DNA of 32,000 nt from Polynucleobacter necessarius (GCF_900095195.1 NZ_LT606950.1:1087207-1119206), one strand, 5' to 3'. Counted from the first letter of the stretch, positions 17,577 through 26,871 are shown. Notes: a model not told the origin generated them from the letters alone. Translations and numbers: made by a program.

Positions 17577-17744
17577 CTATCGACCGCGGCCAGCCTTACG
17601 CATCATGCCTTTTCCGCCACCAAACCCTGCCTGAGGCCTGCCAGCAGGTCCTGATGGGCCTTTTGGCGCTGGCGGACGGGCTGGTGGTTTTGAGATAACC
17701 GGCTTTGCTGGAGTTTTGGGGTTTGGTTTCTTATTGTCAGTCAC
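17577..17744 (-). CDS. hypothetical 55-aa Pro/Lys/Gly-rich basic protein (below the ORF-track cutoff)
   Basis: GTG at 17744 is preceded by GGAG with a 6-nt spacer. Translation: (M)TDNKKPNPKTPAKPVISKPPARPPAPKGPSGPAGRPQAGFGGGKGMMRKAGRGR*. The composition is low-complexity, so a chance ORF is not excluded. Confidence 0.3.
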   Translation of the reverse strand: MTDNKKPNPKTPAKPVISKPPARPPAPKGPSGPAGRPQAGFGGGKGMMRKAGRGR

Positions 17745-17772
17745 TTTGAGCTCCTATGGATATCATATTGCC

Positions 17773-18435
17773 ATGATTACCGACTATTCTATCCAAGCCG
17801 TCGCCATTAATGCGATTCCCTTGATTTTTGCTATCGCCATCCACGAGGCAGCCCATGGTTATGCAGCCCATAAATTTGGGGATAACACCGCATACATGCT
17901 GGGCCGAGTAAGTCTTAATCCAGCCAAACATATAGATCCCGTTGGCACCATTTTGATTCCTTTGGCGCTTCTCTTGACGGGCTCACCGTTTTTAGTAGGT
18001 TACGCCAAACCAGTCCCTGTCAACTTTGGCCGCTTACGCAATCCTAGAATCGATTCCATTTGGGTTGCTTTAGCTGGTCCTGGCTCCAATTTCTTCCAAG
18101 CGCTGATTTGGGCAATATTCTTAATCCTGCTATTGGGTTTTGGAGTAAATGAGAAGTTCTTTATCTCCATGGCGCAAGCTGGCATTACCTGGAACTTGGG
18201 TTTGCTCGTCTTTAATCTTTTCCCCCTCCCGCCATTAGATGGCGGGCGCATTCTTTCTAGCTTACTGCCAGCACGTCAGTCAATCGCATTAGGGAGATTA
18301 GAACCTTGGGGCTTTTTTATTGTTCTTGCCCTCGTATTTACCGGAATTATTGGCAATCTCTGGATGGAGCCATTAATGGCCTTTTTTAAATGGGTCGTAT
18401 ACCTATTTACGATGCCTCTGCAGAGGCTCTTTTAA
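17773..18435 (+). CDS. site-2 protease family (peptidase M50) membrane metalloprotease
   Basis: MITDYSIQAVAINAIPLIFAIAIHEAAHGYAAHKFGDNTAYMLGRVSLNPAKHIDPVGT...NLFPLPPLDGGR, with the HExxH and LDG motifs. I prefer the first in-frame ATG at 17773 over the track start at 17716. Confidence 0.85.
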   Translation: MITDYSIQAVAINAIPLIFAIAIHEAAHGYAAHKFGDNTAYMLGRVSLNPAKHIDPVGTILIPLALLLTGSPFLVGYAKPVPVNFGRLRNPRIDSIWVALAGPGSNFFQALIWAIFLILLLGFGVNEKFFISMAQAGITWNLGLLVFNLFPLPPLDGGRILSSLLPARQSIALGRLEPWGFFIVLALVFTGIIGNLWMEPLMAFFKWVVYLFTMPLQRLF

Positions 18436-18476
18436 TTCGATTGTCATGCCAAATTCTTCGTTCTGGAGTATCCTGA

Positions 18477-18492
18477 TTTCACTTTAGTGAAA
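18477..18492. promoter_or_regulatory. inverted repeat upstream of the cytochrome c' gene (possible operator)
   Basis: TTTCAC-TTTA-GTGAAA lies about 45 bp upstream of the ATG at 18535, followed by a TATAAA box near 18502. It is short, and no known consensus was recognised. Confidence 0.2.
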
Positions 18493-18534
18493 ACCATGCT
18501 GTATAAATTAATCAATATGAATAACGAGGTTTAT

Positions 18535-18987
18535 ATGAAGTTCCAAAAAATGATTCTTGCTACTACCGTTAGCGCTCTCACCATTGGGTCTGGTGTCGCG
18601 TTTGCGCAATTTCAAAAAGCTGAAGACGCAATTAAATACCGTCAAAGTGTTTTTACCGTGATGGCAAACTCTTTTGGAAAAATCGGAGCTGTGGTGAAGG
18701 GTGAAGCCCCGTACATCAAAGATGAGGTCGCAAAAAATGCTGCTGTTGTAGCAACCCTTTCAACATTACCTTGGCAGGCTTTTGGCCCGGGAACCGAGGG
18801 TGGCAAAGCACAGTCTGATGTTTGGTCCGATTCCGCAAAGTTCAAAGCAGCATCCGAAAAGATGCAACTAGCGGTAGCTAACTTGAACAAAGCCGCTCAA
18901 TCTGGCGATCTCGGTAGCATCAAGAAATCTTTTGGAGCCGCTAGCCAGCCTTGCAAAGGCTGTCACGACGATTTCAAGAAAAAATAA
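18535..18987 (+). CDS. cytochrome c' (class II c-type cytochrome)
   Basis: SD GAGG lies 7 nt upstream of the ATG. The signal peptide is MKFQKMILATTVSALTIGSGVAFA. The body has a four-helix-bundle look (IKYRQSVFTVMANSFGKI...), with a C-terminal CKGCH heme-binding motif. Confidence 0.85.
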   Translation: MKFQKMILATTVSALTIGSGVAFAQFQKAEDAIKYRQSVFTVMANSFGKIGAVVKGEAPYIKDEVAKNAAVVATLSTLPWQAFGPGTEGGKAQSDVWSDSAKFKAASEKMQLAVANLNKAAQSGDLGSIKKSFGAASQPCKGCHDDFKKK

Positions 18988-19654
18988 GATAACCAACCAC
19001 TACAGCAATAACGCTTAAGAGAATTAGCGCGAAAGCGCGTTGTAAAACCCCATCTTTGGATGGCTGACCCAAGTCAGAAGGCGAATAGTCAGCCTCCTCG
19101 TTTGGGTCAATTTCTTTATCGCCCAACAACATCGGCTTGATTAAGTTTTCACCCTTATATTTCTTATAAAACCAAATGGCAGCGATATGAATGGTAACTA
19201 AGGTATAGATCAACACCTGATTACCTTCATGTATCTCCGACAAGAATGAAACTACTGCGTTAGGAACATATTTTGCTAATGGTCCCTGAAAAGCAATTTC
19301 ATTGTCAACAAAAAGACCTGTTATCACCTGAACACTTAAAACAAATAACAAGGCAAAAACTGAAAGAGCGCCAATCGGGTTATGTCCCAAGTAGCGCGGC
19401 GACCTTCCCTGGAGATAACCTAAAATAGCCGACCGAGTCGGAAAGAATGCGGCAAAGCGCGCATGTTTTGAGCCAACAAATCCCCAAAGAATTCTGAAGA
19501 TCAATAAGGTCAATATCGAATAACCAAAATAGGCATGCCACTCAATCGCATTACCGCCGATATTGACGCTAATGAAGCTCCCTGTAATACAGAGAACTAA
19601 TAGCCAATGAAATAAACGAATCGGCAAATCCCAAACACGAATAATTTTCTTCAT
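18974..19654 (-). CDS. cytochrome b561 family membrane protein
   Basis: The 226-aa ORF reads MKKIIRVWDLPIRLFHWLLVL...WHAYFGYSILTLLIFRILWGF.G....F, with conserved His-containing transmembrane helices. Confidence 0.85.
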   Translation of the reverse strand: MKKIIRVWDLPIRLFHWLLVLCITGSFISVNIGGNAIEWHAYFGYSILTLLIFRILWGFVGSKHARFAAFFPTRSAILGYLQGRSPRYLGHNPIGALSVFALLFVLSVQVITGLFVDNEIAFQGPLAKYVPNAVVSFLSEIHEGNQVLIYTLVTIHIAAIWFYKKYKGENLIKPMLLGDKEIDPNEEADYSPSDLGQPSKDGVLQRAFALILLSVIAVVVGYLIFS

Positions 19655-19696
19655 ACTTTAAGGATAAAGCACATTACCCCTTAAACTCACTGAAAT

Positions 19697-20898
19697 ATGA
19701 ATCCAGGAAAAGCATTTAGAACCCTACCAATCTACCGCATCGGAGCGACCTTAAGCTATCAAATTACGATGGTGGCGGTTGGGTGGCATATTTACGAGAT
19801 TACCAATAGCGTCATATCGCTTGGCTTGATTGGCCTCGAGGAACTTGTGCCCTACTTCGCTCTAGCTCTTTATGCTGGTCATGCGGTCAATCACCATTCA
19901 CGTAAATTGATTTCTGCCATTGCAGCAATCATTCATTTTCTTGTCGCACTTTTTCTTTGCGCCATTGCCCAAAACTGGCTATCACCTCCAGTGCCGTTGA
20001 TTTACATCGCTATAGGATTCATCGGCATCGCGAGAGCACTACTTCGACCCTCATACCAAGCATTATTTGGACAAATCATCCCGCGCGACCAACTAAGCAA
20101 ATACATGGCTTATGGAAACGTCTCCTTTCAAATCTGTGTAGTAGCGGGTCCCGGATTAGGGGGTTGATGATTGGTTTCACAGGCTTAACCGCTACTTATG
20201 GATTGGCTGCGCTCTGCGGATTAATGAGTCTGTACGGCGTATCGTTCATTCAGGCGAAATCAGAAAAATCCAAACCCGCAGAAAACCTTTTGAAAAGCTT
20301 TAAACAGGGGTTTGATTACGTTCGCAAACATGACCTAATTCTGAGCACGATGGCTTTAGATATGTTTGCCGTGCTATTTGGTGGTGCCGTCTCAATACTC
20401 CCTGCATTTGTGAGCGACGTTCTGCATGCCGGCCCCGAGACACTTGGTATTTTGAGGGCTGCTCCAGCGGCAGGATCGGTACTCATGGGCGTCTATCTTG
20501 CAAAACAGCCTATATTGCACAACTCCGGGAAATATTTGCTTCTATCGGTGGCAGGCTTTGGTCTCTCAATAATCTGTTTTGGACTTTCAACACAATTGTG
20601 GATTTGTGCTTTCTTTCTTCTGCTTTCAGGGTGCTTTAATTCCGTCTCTGTAGTAATTCTAAGCAGTATCGTTCAATTAACAACACCCGATAACATGCGT
20701 GGAAGAATAAGCGCTATTAATGGAATATTCATCGGGCCATCGAATGAATTAGGCGCTCTAGAGTCAGGTATTGCAGCCAGTCTTTTGGGTTTAGTCCCAT
20801 CCATTATTTTTGGATGAGCTGCAACCTTACTGATTGTATTGATCACGTATAGGCTTGCGCCAAATTTATATCGATTTCTTATCCGCGATATCACTTAA
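19697..20898 (+). pseudogene. MFS transporter, frameshift plus premature stop
   Basis: Fragment 19697-20167 (...VVAGPGLGG) and fragment 19957-20817 (LMIGFTGL...) join at the G5 run at 20159-20163. An in-frame TGA lies at 20815-20817 (IIFG*AATLLIV..., probably from TGG). The frame continues to TAA at 20896-20898. Confidence 0.8.
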
Positions 20899-21828
20899 TC
20901 TCAGGCAAATCCTTTTGAATGATTTTCAGGCCCTCACGTAAGGCAGTTTGATAGCGCTCACGCTCTGCTTTCATGGATTCCGAAGTCCAAGAATAAAACC
21001 CTTCGCCTGTTTTCATGCCAAACTTGCCGCTTTCAACCCGACTGCTGAGACACTTTGCAATCGTTGGTGAATTATTTAATGCGGGATAAATCGTAGCCCC
21101 TCCAGCAGCATGAACTTCAAGACCAGCGTGATCGTGCTGCATTGCGGGGCCAGCGGCTATGTAACGAAATCCAAAACCAAACCGTACAGCCTTATCAATA
21201 TCCTCTGGGGTACAAATTCCTGCGTCAACCATCGCAAACGCTTCACGAGACAATGCATGTTGCAAACGATTTGCCAAGACCCTGGCAAATCTTTTTTTAC
21301 AGTGACTGGAACCCATGCCACACAAGGTCATAAAACGAGACAAACTCTCTGCAACCATACGGGATGTCTTTTCACCGTACACCACCTCAACACAGGGAAC
21401 TAAATGTGCCGGCATAAAAAATGTAACCCAATCATCCGAGCAGCAGTTTTTAAATCGCCGGCGATTTGACTAATCGGAAAGCTAGTGCTGTTACTAGCTA
21501 GAACTGCTTCGGATTTTGCGTATTGCTCTAGTTTGGCAAATAACTCTTGTTTCATATCCAAGCGCTCTGGTACACATTCAATGACCAGATCGATGTCCGC
21601 CCAATCCACCTCCTCCAAAGAGCCCGCTATCGAGAGTAAATGGATACGGCGTTGTATCCCAATTCCGTCATTGGTGTTCGTAAAGTAATCCGGCAATAGC
21701 GCACGACGTTCTGTGGTGGGCTCCACTACCTGCACCGCACAACCGCCACGAGCGCAGACGGCAGCAACATCAGCGCCCATCGTGCCGCCACCAACCACCA
21801 CCTTGGTTTGAGCTGGGGTAAACAACAT
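20891..21828 (-). pseudogene. 3-hydroxyacyl-CoA (3-hydroxybutyryl-CoA-like) dehydrogenase, frameshifted
   Basis: SD AGGAGA precedes the ATG at 21828. The N-terminus is MLFTPAQTKVVVGGGTMGADVA (Rossmann fold)...MIGLHF. The frame changes in the A6 run at 21416-21421 to FMPAHLVPCVEVV.GEKTS.... A further out-of-frame patch lies at about 21278-21313. Confidence 0.85.
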
Positions 21829-21909
21829 GATTTTTCTCCTAAAAGGTAGGACTTTTTTCAAAATCCCCATATAATGGGGCCATTATTCCAATAAAAATCT
21901 GAGACAAAC

Positions 21910-22837
21910 ATGATTCCCGTCAATTCGGTGTTACAGGTCGGTTTTTTCCTGAGATTATGCAGGCGGAAATTAATCGTCGCCTAACACCGGTTCGTCAACC
22001 AGATGCGAGCGCCCCACCACCATCTGGGAATTTTGAAGCAATTTTGGTGCGCTCCATACAGCCCTTCCTGAAGCGCTCGTCAAACAGATCCCCAGTATTC
22101 GCATGGTATCGACTTGTGGTGTTGGTTATGACAACCTGCCCCTGAGCTATCTCAAACAACATGGAATCAAAGCAAGCAATACCCCTGGCGTTCTAAATGA
22201 CGCAGTGTGTGAATTAGCCATCGGCATGATGCTGAGCCTATTACGACACATTCCCGAATCGCAAGAACATGTTAAATCTGGCGCTTGGTCTAAAGGCGTA
22301 TTCCCACTCACCACCACATTGGCAGGCAAAAGAATAGGCATTGTCGGCATGGGTCGCATTGGCCAGGACTTAGCAAGTCGTTTGGAACCATTTAAGGTTG
22401 AGATTGCCTATACAGGACCGAGCCCAAAGCCAGTGCCATACACCTATTACCCACAAATACTGGATCTAGCCAAAGCGTGCGATGTCATGTTCATAGCTTG
22501 CCCAGCGAGTCTGCAAACCGATCGTTTAATCAATGCCAAGGTGCTAGATGCCCTGGGAAAATCGGCGTATTTAATCAATATTGCACGCGGCAGTGTTATT
22601 GATGAAGGAGCACTTTTAGGTGCACTGCAACATAAAGTAATAGCCGGTGCTGCGTTAGATGTCTTTAACAACGAACCTAATCTCAACCCCGCATTTTTAG
22701 ATCTTGATAATATCTTACTGACACCCCACATTGGAAGTGCTACCTTAGAAACACGGATAGCCATGACAAACTTAGCTATAGATAATTTAGAGGCATTCTT
22801 TAAAAAACAACCACTTCCCTCAGAAGTGCATTATTAA
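21910..22837 (+). pseudogene. 2-hydroxyacid dehydrogenase (glyoxylate/hydroxypyruvate reductase-like), frameshifted
   Basis: MIPVNSVLQVGFF / PEIMQAEINRRL...FEAILVRS / HTALPEALVKQIPSIRMVSTCGVGYDNL...GIVGMGRIGQ...NIARGSVIDE...LTPHIGSAT lie in three frames. Changes lie near 21950 and 22050. Confidence 0.8.
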
Positions 22838-22850
22838 ATTGGAGACAGTA

Positions 22851-22872
22851 TGACCATCGCTTGACCATCGCT
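22851..22872. repeat. 11-bp tandem duplication across the start of the DHDPS-family gene
   Basis: TGACCATCGCT occurs at 22851-22861 and 22862-22872, immediately after the A at 22850 that completes the ATG. Confidence 0.95.
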
Positions 22873-23790
22873 TTGCATCCCTCAACTTTGCCAGCAGTGG
22901 TATCGCCTGTGTTGACGCCCTTCAAGGCAGATGGCAATCCTGATGCTCAAAAACTTCTGAAGCAATGTAAATGGCTGGAGTCGAATGGAGTCGGTCAGGC
23001 CGTCTTTGGCACCAATTCAGAGGCAAACTCAATGTCCGCCCCCCAGAAGATGAGCACACTCACGACATTGATTGAGGGCGGCCTAAATCCAGCCCACATG
23101 ATGCCAGGTACAGGCGCAACCTCTATTGACGCTACGGTCAATATGACACGTCATGCAGTGAACCATCAATGCGCTGGTGTGCTCATGCTTCCACCGTTCT
23201 ACTACAAAGATGTAACCGATGATGGTTTGTTTGCTTACTTCTCCGAAGTGATTCAAAAAGTAGGGAGTTCAGCGTTGCAGATTTATATCTACAACATGCC
23301 GCCGGTTACCAAAATCAATCTCAGCCTATCGCTGCTCGAACGCTTAACAAAAGAATATCCAAAAACGGTTGTGGGCATGAAAGATAGTTCTGGCGATTGG
23401 GCTTATACCGAATCTGTCATTAAGCTTCTAGCCCCCTCCAGCTTCCGCGTTTACGCTGGTAGCGAAGTATTCTTGATACGCACTCTGCGAGCAGATGGTG
23501 TCGGCTGTATTTCAGCTACTACTACTAATGTGAATCCACAAGCAATTGCTGATCTTGCTGCACACTGGCGCGAATCCAATGCGGATGAACGTCAAGCTGT
23601 GCTCGATAAAGTTCGCGGCGTATTTGCAAAATACCAAATGATTGCTGGCATGAAAACAGCCGTAGCGCATTACAGCAACGATCCCGAGTGGTTACGTGTT
23701 CGGCCCCCGCTAACGCAATTAAGCGCTGATCAACAAGCGCAATTGTTAAGCGAATTAAAGCAAATTCAATTTAGTATGCCGGGTCTTTAA
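22861..23790 (+). CDS. dihydrodipicolinate synthase/N-acetylneuraminate lyase family (class I aldolase-type) enzyme; body intact, initiation region damaged
   Basis: The 309-aa ORF carries the family motifs GTNSE, IYIYNMP and VVGMKDSSG (Schiff-base Lys). The SD-proximal ATG at 22850 now opens only MTIA*, and the long ORF starts at TTG 22861. Confidence 0.8.
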   Translation: MTIALHPSTLPAVVSPVLTPFKADGNPDAQKLLKQCKWLESNGVGQAVFGTNSEANSMSAPQKMSTLTTLIEGGLNPAHMMPGTGATSIDATVNMTRHAVNHQCAGVLMLPPFYYKDVTDDGLFAYFSEVIQKVGSSALQIYIYNMPPVTKINLSLSLLERLTKEYPKTVVGMKDSSGDWAYTESVIKLLAPSSFRVYAGSEVFLIRTLRADGVGCISATTTNVNPQAIADLAAHWRESNADERQAVLDKVRGVFAKYQMIAGMKTAVAHYSNDPEWLRVRPPLTQLSADQQAQLLSELKQIQFSMPGL

Positions 23791-23824
23791 TTAACAATCT
23801 AAACAGTATTCACAGGAGACAACT

Positions 23825-24775
23825 ATGAAGCTATTCAAATGGATTGCACTATCCTTCACTTTTATATGCGCTAGCGTAAGTGCACAAAACCTTTCAATCG
23901 CTACAGGCGGCACTGGCGGTGTGTACTACCCGATGGGCGGTGGTTTAGCCGCCGTTCTATCGAGCAAAGTCCCTGGCATGTCAGCCACCGCCGAGGTTAC
24001 TGGGGGATCTGTTGATAACTTGAAATTGGTTGGCACAGGAACACCATATGTTGCTTTTTCAATGGCTGATGCTGCCAAAGACGCCACATCCGGTGCCGAT
24101 AAATTTAAAGATAAACCTATCGATATTCGAACCCTTTTAATTCTTTATCCAAATCAGATGCATGTTGCTACTGTTGAATCAACAGGTATCAAAACCATGG
24201 CGGATCTTAAGAGCAAACGAATAAGCACTGGGTCTCCTGGAAGCGCTACTGAAGTCATGGCATTCCGCCTTCTTGAGGCTGCAGACATAGATCCAAACAA
24301 AGACATTAAGCGTGAGCGTTTAAGTGTGGCGGAATCCGTTAATGCAGTAAAAGACCGAAAAATTGACGCGTTTTTCTGGGTAGGCGGCTTGCCAACAGCA
24401 GCAGTGACAGACTTAGCCAATAGCCCCGGAATGAAGATCGTCATGATCGATACCGCTGCAGAAGTGCCAGCCATGAATAAGAAATATGGCAACCTATACT
24501 TTCCCTCAGTGATTACTAAACAAACATATAGCGGCATGGCTAAGGACAACAATGTGGCGGCTGTAGCGAATTTACTGGTGGTAAGCGCTTCCATGTCAAA
24601 TGATGAGGCCTACAAAATTGTCAAAGCAATATTTGACAATCAATTGGACTTAGTAAGATCACACGCGGAATATCGTAATGTGAAGTTAGATGCGCAAAAA
24701 GCAAGCGCAACTCCAATCGCCTATCATCCTGGCGCATTAAAGTACTTTAAAGAAAAAGGTATCAAGGTCAATTAA
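23825..24775 (+). CDS. TAXI family TRAP transporter solute-binding protein
   Basis: SD AGGAGA, a signal peptide, and SIATGGTGGVYYPMGGGLAAVL...VTGGSVDNLKLV...FFWVGGLPTAAV...YHPGALKYFKEKG. Confidence 0.9.
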   Translation: MKLFKWIALSFTFICASVSAQNLSIATGGTGGVYYPMGGGLAAVLSSKVPGMSATAEVTGGSVDNLKLVGTGTPYVAFSMADAAKDATSGADKFKDKPIDIRTLLILYPNQMHVATVESTGIKTMADLKSKRISTGSPGSATEVMAFRLLEAADIDPNKDIKRERLSVAESVNAVKDRKIDAFFWVGGLPTAAVTDLANSPGMKIVMIDTAAEVPAMNKKYGNLYFPSVITKQTYSGMAKDNNVAAVANLLVVSASMSNDEAYKIVKAIFDNQLDLVRSHAEYRNVKLDAQKASATPIAYHPGALKYFKEKGIKVN

Positions 24776-24791
24776 GCTGACATAGGCCAAT

Positions 24792-24814
24792 AGGGGTGAG
24801 TTAATCTCACCCCT
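24792..24814 (+). promoter_or_regulatory. intercistronic stem-loop between the TAXI binding-protein gene and the permease gene
   Basis: AGGGGTGAG-TTAAT-CTCACCCCT, a 9-bp GC-rich stem, lies 17 bp after the stop at 24775. There is no strong T-tract. Its position suits partial termination or mRNA stabilisation. Confidence 0.5.
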
Positions 24815-24858
24815 TCTGCATTAAGAAACGCATAAATATAAAAAAGATAGGTTGAGAC

Positions 24859-26871
24859 ATGAACCAAAACACCATTGATCATGAGACCCAAGAAAAATTA
24901 GATGCCTTTATCAAGCAGGAAGAGGGCGACCCAAATGATTACAAAGGTTTATTAGCTAAGTTCATTACTTTGGTTGCCGTGGGCATGTCTTTGTTTCACC
25001 TATACGCTGCTTTCTCGATTGTTCCAACTCAACAGCTGCGGGTAATCCACGTCGCTTTAGTCTTGTTTCTGGTCTTCTTGAGCTTTCCAAGCATGGCTCG
25101 CTTTAAGAAACGCCTGATGCCATGGGATGTGATCTTTGCCCTTGGATCCATTGCCATCGCATATTACATTTTGTCTGGCGGCGATGATTTCATGGACAGA
25201 AATACCGCACCCAACTCTACAGACGTCATCGTGGGTATTGGGCTAATTATCCTGATACTCGAGAGCGTTCGCAGAACCAATGGTATGGTGTTGGTAACCG
25301 TGACGGTATTATTTTTGCTGTACGCATTATTTGGTAATTATTTGCCAGCCCCATGGACCCACAAAGGCTATGGCTTAGATCGTCTGGTAGGCTATATGTA
25401 CATGACGCTAGAGGGTGTTTATGGAACAGCCGTGGATGTCTCTGCAACACTGATCATTCTGTTTACTATCTTTGGCGCCTTTTTACAATTTACAGGCGCC
25501 GGAAAATTTTTCATTGATTTTTCATTTGCAGCAATGGGTGGAAAATCCTCTGGTGTTGGAAGAACCATTGTTCTATCGTCTTTCCTAATGGGCGGCCCCT
25601 CTGGGTCAGGCGTTGCCACTACGGTAACTGTAGGCTCTGTTGCGGCACCAATGCTCGATAAGGTTGGCTACGAAAAGAATGCTGCAGGTGGCCTCCTAGC
25701 TGCAGGTGGTCTTGGTGCCATTATTTCACCGCCTGTATTAGGAGCAGCTGCATTTTTGATTGCAGACTTTCTCAAGATCTCTTACTTGGATGTATTGCTG
25801 ATGGCAACCATCCCCACCATTCTGTTTTATTTGGGTTTATTTGTCATGGTGGAAATCGACGTGCGCAAATATGGCATGAAAAATATTCATTTTGAATCTG
25901 CTGAATCCGCCTGGCAACTAACTAAAAAATACTGGTTCCATTTCTTTTCACTAATTTCGATTGTGGTATTCATGATGTTCGGCTTCTCGCCAGTCATGTC
26001 AGTGTTCTGGGCGACAGTTGTTTCATCATTCTCCAGCATGCTGCGAGAAGATACCGCGATCATCCCCTGGGCCTGGTTTAAGGGCAAAGAACCCATCTTA
26101 TCCGGACTATACAAATCCAACCTAACTAGTGCTTTAGCTTCCGGCTCAACTGGCGTGTTAGCCATTGCGGCAACTTGCGCCGGAGCTGGTCTCTTTGTTG
26201 GTACAGTCACACTAACTGGACTGGGATTGAAATTTAGTTCGATTGTGATTCAATATGCTGGTGGCTCTTTGCTTCTAACTGCCATCTTCACCGCCCTCAT
26301 TGTTTGGATTGTTGGTCTTGCAGTTCCAGTAACGGCGTCTTACATTATTTGTGCAGTCATCGCCGCACCCACCCTAATTAATTTGGGCGTACCGGCATTT
26401 GCTGCTCATATGTTTATCTTTTATTACGCCGTTTTATCGGAGGTTTCTCCTCCAACTGCGTTGTCCCCTTTTGCAGCAGCAGCCATTTGCAAAGGAAATC
26501 CCTACAGAACAATATTGCAAACCTGGAAATATGTTGCCCCAGCAATTTTGGTGCCATTCATGTTCGTTCTCAATAAGTCAGGCGTGAGCTTATTGTTGAT
26601 GGGTTCCAGCAATGCGCTTGAACAAGCAGATTGGTCTCAGATTGCATGGATTTCATTTACCGCTGTGATTGGGATTATCTGTTTGGCAGGCGGATTGCAA
26701 GGCTGGTTTATTGAGAAGACCAAAACCTTTGAGCGCATCATGATGGTTGTATCCGGGGTTGCGCTTGCCTACCCTTCCACAGAAGCTGACCTCATTGGCT
26801 TTATTGGTTTTGGAGTGGTGCTTATTACACAAGCTCTCACCTATTTCAAACTGAATCGCAGATCATCCTAA
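24859..26871 (+). CDS. TRAP transporter fused permease (4TM/12TM, TAXI-associated type)
   Basis: Uninterrupted 670-aa polytopic membrane ORF directly downstream of the TAXI gene. Confidence 0.9.
   Translation: MNQNTIDHETQEKLDAFIKQEEGDPNDYKGLLAKFITLVAVGMSLFHLYAAFSIVPTQQLRVIHVALVLFLVFLSFPSMARFKKRLMPWDVIFALGSIAIAYYILSGGDDFMDRNTAPNSTDVIVGIGLIILILESVRRTNGMVLVTVTVLFLLYALFGNYLPAPWTHKGYGLDRLVGYMYMTLEGVYGTAVDVSATLIILFTIFGAFLQFTGAGKFFIDFSFAAMGGKSSGVGRTIVLSSFLMGGPSGSGVATTVTVGSVAAPMLDKVGYEKNAAGGLLAAGGLGAIISPPVLGAAAFLIADFLKISYLDVLLMATIPTILFYLGLFVMVEIDVRKYGMKNIHFESAESAWQLTKKYWFHFFSLISIVVFMMFGFSPVMSVFWATVVSSFSSMLREDTAIIPWAWFKGKEPILSGLYKSNLTSALASGSTGVLAIAATCAGAGLFVGTVTLTGLGLKFSSIVIQYAGGSLLLTAIFTALIVWIVGLAVPVTASYIICAVIAAPTLINLGVPAFAAHMFIFYYAVLSEVSPPTALSPFAAAAICKGNPYRTILQTWKYVAPAILVPFMFVLNKSGVSLLLMGSSNALEQADWSQIAWISFTAVIGIICLAGGLQGWFIEKTKTFERIMMVVSGVALAYPSTEADLIGFIGFGVVLITQALTYFKLNRRSS

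Noticed and set aside
21871-21886. 7-2-7 inverted repeat ATAATGG-GG-CCATTAT in the divergent promoter region between the two dead dehydrogenase genes
   Set aside because: It is too short and AT-rich to separate from chance, and both flanking genes are pseudogenes.
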